NCBI GenBank assembly: GCA_024650005.2
Contig: CP122380.1
Location: 288,001 to 352,000 of the forward strand
Direction: 5' to 3'
Source: Candidatus Bathyarchaeum tardum
Lineage (GTDB): Archaea > Thermoproteota > Bathyarchaeia > Bathyarchaeales > Bathyarchaeaceae
Length of the DNA: 64,000 bases
The position numbers were made by a program, and so were the translations under genes. How positions within the stretch are numbered: position 1 is the stretch's first letter; each line of letters begins with the position of its first letter. This document shows positions 60,103 to 64,000 of this stretch, one piece after another. Under the pieces are notes generated by a model. The model searched no databases and had not been told where the DNA came from. It saw only the letters and a list, made by a program, of their open reading frames with translations.

Positions 60103-60903
60103 ATAAAAAAATATAGGAAGAGTCTTTCTTCAAATGAATCTCAACTATTATCCGATTTAAGTTATAGAGGAAAAACAATCTTTACACTCAAGGATTTAGA
60201 AAAATATGGAGATGATTGTAGCAGCCTCGTTTACAAACTCTCAAGAAAAAATTGGATTTTAAAGCTCAAACAAGGTGTATATATTATTGCACCATTGGAT
60301 GCAGGCCAATTTGGAGCTAATAACTATACAGTACACAGTTTTGTAATTGCATCATATTTAGTTACCCCTTATTATGTAAGTCATTGGAGTGCACTGAACT
60401 ATCATGGTTTAAGTGAGCAAACTCCTCCTCATGTCTATATTGCAACAACAAAACCAAGAAACCGAAAAAAAATTTTGAATGTTGATTTTGTTTTTGTAAC
60501 AGTATCGAAGCGAAAAATGTTTGGAATACAAACCGTTAAAATCGACAATCATCCTGTGAATATTTCATCTGTTGAAAAAACGATTGTTGATTGTCTTGAC
60601 CATCCAGAACACTGTGGAGGAATTGCGGAAATTGCAAAATCAATCTATTTTGAACATGATAATTTAGACTTCAATTTTATAATAAAAATGGCAAGGATGA
60701 TGAAAAATAAAACAATATTAAAGAGGCTCGGATATGTTTTGGAAACATTCAATTTTGATCAGCATTTAGATTTGTTTAACCCTAACGATATTTCAAAGGG
60801 TTATTCAAAATTAGATCCTAAAATGCCGAAAAAAGGAAAAATAAACGAAAAATGGAAGTTATACATTAATTCAAAAATTGATTCAAGGATGTGGAAAGGA
60901 TGA
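60103..60903 (+). CDS. type IV TA antitoxin, AbiEi family (probable ATA start)
   Basis: N-terminal wHTH (LSRKNWILKLKQGVY); YVSHWSALNYHGL.EQ.P; EKTIVDCL; KRLGY. Confidence 0.85.
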   Translation: MKKYRKSLSSNESQLLSDLSYRGKTIFTLKDLEKYGDDCSSLVYKLSRKNWILKLKQGVYIIAPLDAGQFGANNYTVHSFVIASYLVTPYYVSHWSALNYHGLSEQTPPHVYIATTKPRNRKKILNVDFVFVTVSKRKMFGIQTVKIDNHPVNISSVEKTIVDCLDHPEHCGGIAEIAKSIYFEHDNLDFNFIIKMARMMKNKTILKRLGYVLETFNFDQHLDLFNPNDISKGYSKLDPKMPKKGKINEKWKLYINSKIDSRMWKG

Positions 60904-61703
60904 TTCCACAGCAAAAATTGAGAGAAAAAGCCCGTGATAGAGGATTAGCTCTAGACGTTATTGAAAAAGATTATGCACTTGGATGGATTCTTGTTGGGCT
61001 GTCTTATAGCTCTTTAAAAAATTTATTAATTTTTAAAGGTGGAACCGCTTTATCTAAAATCTATTTTCCACTTGAATGGAGAATTTCAGAAGACCTTGAT
61101 TTTACTTTGCAAAATGAATCAACAACTAAAGAAATATCTGAAATATTAGTCGAAGAATTACCCCAAATAATTTCGGAAAAAAGTAAGGGCTTAAAACTAC
61201 GGTACAGAGAAGATCCATATGTTACTGAAAAATTTTTAAGAGTTCGAGCTCAATATTTTGGTCCAATAACGACAAACAGCGTAAAAATTGAGGTAACAAT
61301 AGAGCAATTCATAGGTGACTTTAAAGTAATTCAAGCTTCAAAACACTATGATTATCCTAATTTCTCACTTTCTTGTTACACATTAGAAACTATTCTTGCA
61401 GAAAAGTTGAGAGCAATTTTACAAAGAGGTCACTTAAGAGATTATTATGATGCTTGGAAATTGTTAAAAGAAAATAAAGTTGAAAATGCCCGAGTTAAAG
61501 AACTATTTTTAGAGAAGTGTAAAGCAAAGAATGTGGAATTCGATAATATAAATCAGTTTTTTCCTGAGAATATTGTTGAGACTTTAAAACCATATCTTAA
61601 AATTGGTCTCACTAGAATGAGTTCAGAAGAATTGCCCCCATTATCTGTTTGGATCAAAGAATTGAAAGGGTTACTAGATAACATAACTCTTGAGCCTGAC
61701 TAA
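60900..61703 (+). CDS. AbiEii/AbiGii-family nucleotidyltransferase toxin
   Basis: IEKDY, FKGGTALSK, RISEDLDF and AEKLRA..R...RDYYD motifs; ATGA overlap with the antitoxin. Confidence 0.9.
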   Translation: MIPQQKLREKARDRGLALDVIEKDYALGWILVGLSYSSLKNLLIFKGGTALSKIYFPLEWRISEDLDFTLQNESTTKEISEILVEELPQIISEKSKGLKLRYREDPYVTEKFLRVRAQYFGPITTNSVKIEVTIEQFIGDFKVIQASKHYDYPNFSLSCYTLETILAEKLRAILQRGHLRDYYDAWKLLKENKVENARVKELFLEKCKAKNVEFDNINQFFPENIVETLKPYLKIGLTRMSSEELPPLSVWIKELKGLLDNITLEPD

Positions 61704-62257
61704 TATTTTTGTAAAAATTTAATTTTGGTATGTATGATGAAAATTCCTCAAAAACTGCAGATGCATATGCTCAAGGATGCCAAAAAATTTACAAGAAAAA
61801 TTTCGTGCCCTTTCAAACGATGAGCGTATGGCTATTATCAAGCAATGCATCATTTTCATCAAGTAATTGAAGAAGAAACATTGCAGTTTTTATGCATATT
61901 GTGAATGCTGGTTCAAACAAGAAGTAATTCTGTAGTATACATAGGTAACGATTGAAATTGCTATCTCAAAAAGACGTTTGGTTTTCTTACAATATGAATA
62001 AACCATTTTTCTAACCAGCAAAAAATAAACTCAAACAAATTTCATATTATGTCGATAGTGCGAGGAGGGATTTCAACCTAAAGTTATCAGTAAAACATCT
62101 TAAGTTACTTGTTTGTTTGCTGTTATTTCCGTTAATTTGGACTAACTATTTATTTTTCTAGTTTTTTACTAATTAAAATTAACATAATCAAGTTTTTGTC
62201 GCTGGTTCCCGAAAAAACCCACAATTCATCTGGACCGTGTATTTTTCAGGGGAAACT

Positions 62258-62298
62258 TTTGTTGTTGTTGGGGGGTAGGGGGGGTCAACAACAACAAA
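62258..62298. repeat. perfect 13-bp inverted repeat with G-rich loop
   Basis: TTTGTTGTTGTTG-GGGGGTAGGGGGGGT-CAACAACAACAAA. Confidence 0.8.
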
Positions 62299-62609
62299 TG
62301 CCCTTCCAAATGGCTTCCCTGTGACGTAGTCGACATTGATATTTTTCCATTAATGGAGCCTGTTACAGTGCAAGCTGTTCCAGATTTTTCTTCATGGATG
62401 CTTTTGCCACCATTTCTTGTTATCTCTGTAGTTGCTTTATTTTCAAGAAACTCATTGAGAAAAAAGTCTTTATAGAATAGACTGCTTGGCTCCAGATCCG
62501 AACTTGAATTTGTTTCCATAGATTTTAACCTGAATCGTGAAATTTCCTACAAATCCCTTTTCAATAGTTTTCCGATAGTTATCTATTAATTCATTGGGCT
62601 GTGATAAAA

Positions 62610-62729
62610 TGGTGCGGGGGACGGGATTCGAACCCGTGGAGGCCTGCGCCAGAGGATCTTAAGTCCTCCCCCTTATCTTAGGGGATCTATGTTTGACCCG
62701 CTATTTAGACCTGGCTCGGGTACCCCCGC
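62610..62729 (-). tRNA. tRNA-Leu(TAA) with 32-nt intron at 22/23 (62673-62704); CCA encoded
   Basis: GCGGGGG/CCCCCGC acceptor; GAGGA-CT TAA GA-TCCTC anticodon arm; long variable arm. BHB helix GTCT/AGAT. Confidence 0.88.
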
Positions 62730-62896
62730 TATCCTCAATATTCACATAACAGCTCTGACATAAATGTTACTTACCTTAAGACCATGAACCAAATCAATAA
62801 CCAATTGAATTGTAATTTTTATGGGATTTGTTTTGCTTTGTTTGGCGTTATGGTTATAACAGTCAAAATCTAAGAAATGTTTTGGCGGGTAATTCT

Positions 62897-63042
62897 GGGC
62901 GGGTACAGAAAACTAGGATGGTTTTCTACCGAAGCCTAGCATGGATAGGGCACGAACAGCAATTTCTGCTGGTGTAAGCCTCCTACCAAGGGAATTGGGA
63001 GAGAGCTCGGGGTCACGGGTTCAAATCCCGTCCCGCCCGCCA
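62897..63042 (+). tRNA. tRNA-Arg(CCT) with three introns: 9/10 (62906-62933), 29/30 (62956-62977), 37/38 (62986-63003)
   Basis: Removing all three yields GGGCGGG TA GCCT AGCATGGATA GGGC A CGAGC CT CCT AA GCTCG GGGTC ACGGG TTCAAAT CCCGT CCCGCCC G CCA, a complete cloverleaf. Confidence 0.88.
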
Positions 63043-63083
63043 TCAATTGGCGCTTCATTTTTTGAAAAATCAGTAAAAAACTT

Positions 63084-63485
63084 TTAGATTGAAAGCAGTT
63101 TGGCGTGTCGCCAGCCTCTTCCACCCTTTTTTTGTTGTTGGTCTTTGTTAGGTTTTGGTTTAGGTGGAGGCGCACGTTTAGTAGGTCCCTTTTTTTGAGT
63201 TTGTATGTTGGTTTTGATGAATTTTCCCCATCCGCCTACTGTTGGATTTGGAGCACCTGCTTTGCTTGATTCGCAGCCAAGATGCGATTCAACTATGTCA
63301 TGAAATTCTAATGGTTTGAAGTCCCGTGTTGCCATGATTACTGTTCCTTGTTCCACAAACAGTTTTGAATAATCGTTTTTAGCTATGCCTTCAGCTCGGA
63401 TTTTATCGTCTAATCTATTTTGCCAGAGGTCTTTCCATTCTGTTCTTAGTTCGTCAACGAATTCTTTTGCTTCAGTTCCATTCAT
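63084..63485 (-). CDS. hypothetical protein, basic C-terminus
   Basis: GGAGG Shine-Dalgarno before ATG; open frame. Confidence 0.65.
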   Translation of the reverse strand: MNGTEAKEFVDELRTEWKDLWQNRLDDKIRAEGIAKNDYSKLFVEQGTVIMATRDFKPLEFHDIVESHLGCESSKAGAPNPTVGGWGKFIKTNIQTQKKGPTKRAPPPKPKPNKDQQQKKGGRGWRHAKLLSI

Positions 63486-63773
63486 TGTTTTTCCTCCTTG
63501 CACCTTTTATTGGAGCAAACAATCAGTTGGCGTGTTTGCTTCAGCGTGCTTTTAATTGTTGGATTCACTTGCTCCTTTTTTAATTATGAAATATAAGGAG
63601 GTAAGAAAGGAACTTCCTGACCTTTTTTCTGGAAATTTCTTCTAGAACCAAAAACTAGAAAAATGTGACTTGTTTTCTATAAGATTCAAGGCGACTACTG
63701 ATATGAAGAACGAATTCACAACACATTTATCCCCTGAAACAACAACCTCAATTTGTTCGGGAGATTGAAAAAT

Positions 63774-63992
63774 ATGGCCACTATTGATAACCTTTTGGAT
63801 TTACTCAAAGATGGACAGTGGCATGATTTGAAACAAACTACACAAAAAGTTGGGTTATATTCTGCTAAGGCTGAAATGGTTATTAGTTTCCTGAACGAAT
63901 ACGGATTCATTAAGCTAAGTGAAGATTCTAAACAAATTAAACTTCAGCACTTGACCCTAGAATTTTTTGCCCAAATCCAGAATTTAGAATAA
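63774..63992 (+). CDS. small winged-helix protein
   Basis: LLDLLKDGQWHDL...ISFLNEYGFI motif. Confidence 0.65.
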   Translation: MATIDNLLDLLKDGQWHDLKQTTQKVGLYSAKAEMVISFLNEYGFIKLSEDSKQIKLQHLTLEFFAQIQNLE

Positions 63993-64000
63993 TATCCTGA

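Larger units (their letters stand above)
59824..62630. mobile_element. small islet at tRNA-Leu 3' end carrying an AbiE toxin-antitoxin pair
   Basis: aatggtgcRggggacgggattcg at 59824-59846 and 62608-62630 (22/23 identical); AT-rich interior; no integrase. Confidence 0.7.

Noticed and set aside
62226-62519. 97-aa minus-strand ORF in the tRNA-Leu islet
   Set aside because: No recognisable motif, and its LLLL-PP-QQQQ stretch merely reads through the DNA hairpin; not supported as a gene.

Overview
AT-rich archaeal DNA, most consistent with a Bathyarchaeia/TACK genome. This is inferred from tRNAs with BHB introns at non-canonical positions, a single-OB SSB, FtsZ, HdrBC and PEF-CTERM proteins. The housekeeping backbone includes NfnAB, HdrCB, a HoxEFUYH group 3d hydrogenase, FMN glutamate synthase, LemA/TPM, FtsZ, glycosyltransferases, an Fe/cobalamin ABC transporter, PyrG and CorA. 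There are seven tRNA genes; six contain introns, and tRNA-Arg(CCT) has three. Two tRNA-anchored islands are present. (i) A ~12.7 kb element at tRNA-Gln (34413-47122) with a truncated tyrosine integrase. It carries a translationally coupled array of PEF-CTERM surface proteins whose junctions look like DNA-level cassette boundaries lying inside the PEF sorting codons: each membrane anchor tracks the downstream gene, not its own. Twin palindromic operators precede its two promoters, one of them next to a wHTH gene. This array is the best candidate for an undescribed system. (ii) A ~2.8 kb islet at tRNA-Leu with an AbiEi/AbiEii toxin-antitoxin pair. All calls come from reading the sequence by eye; no database searches were run.
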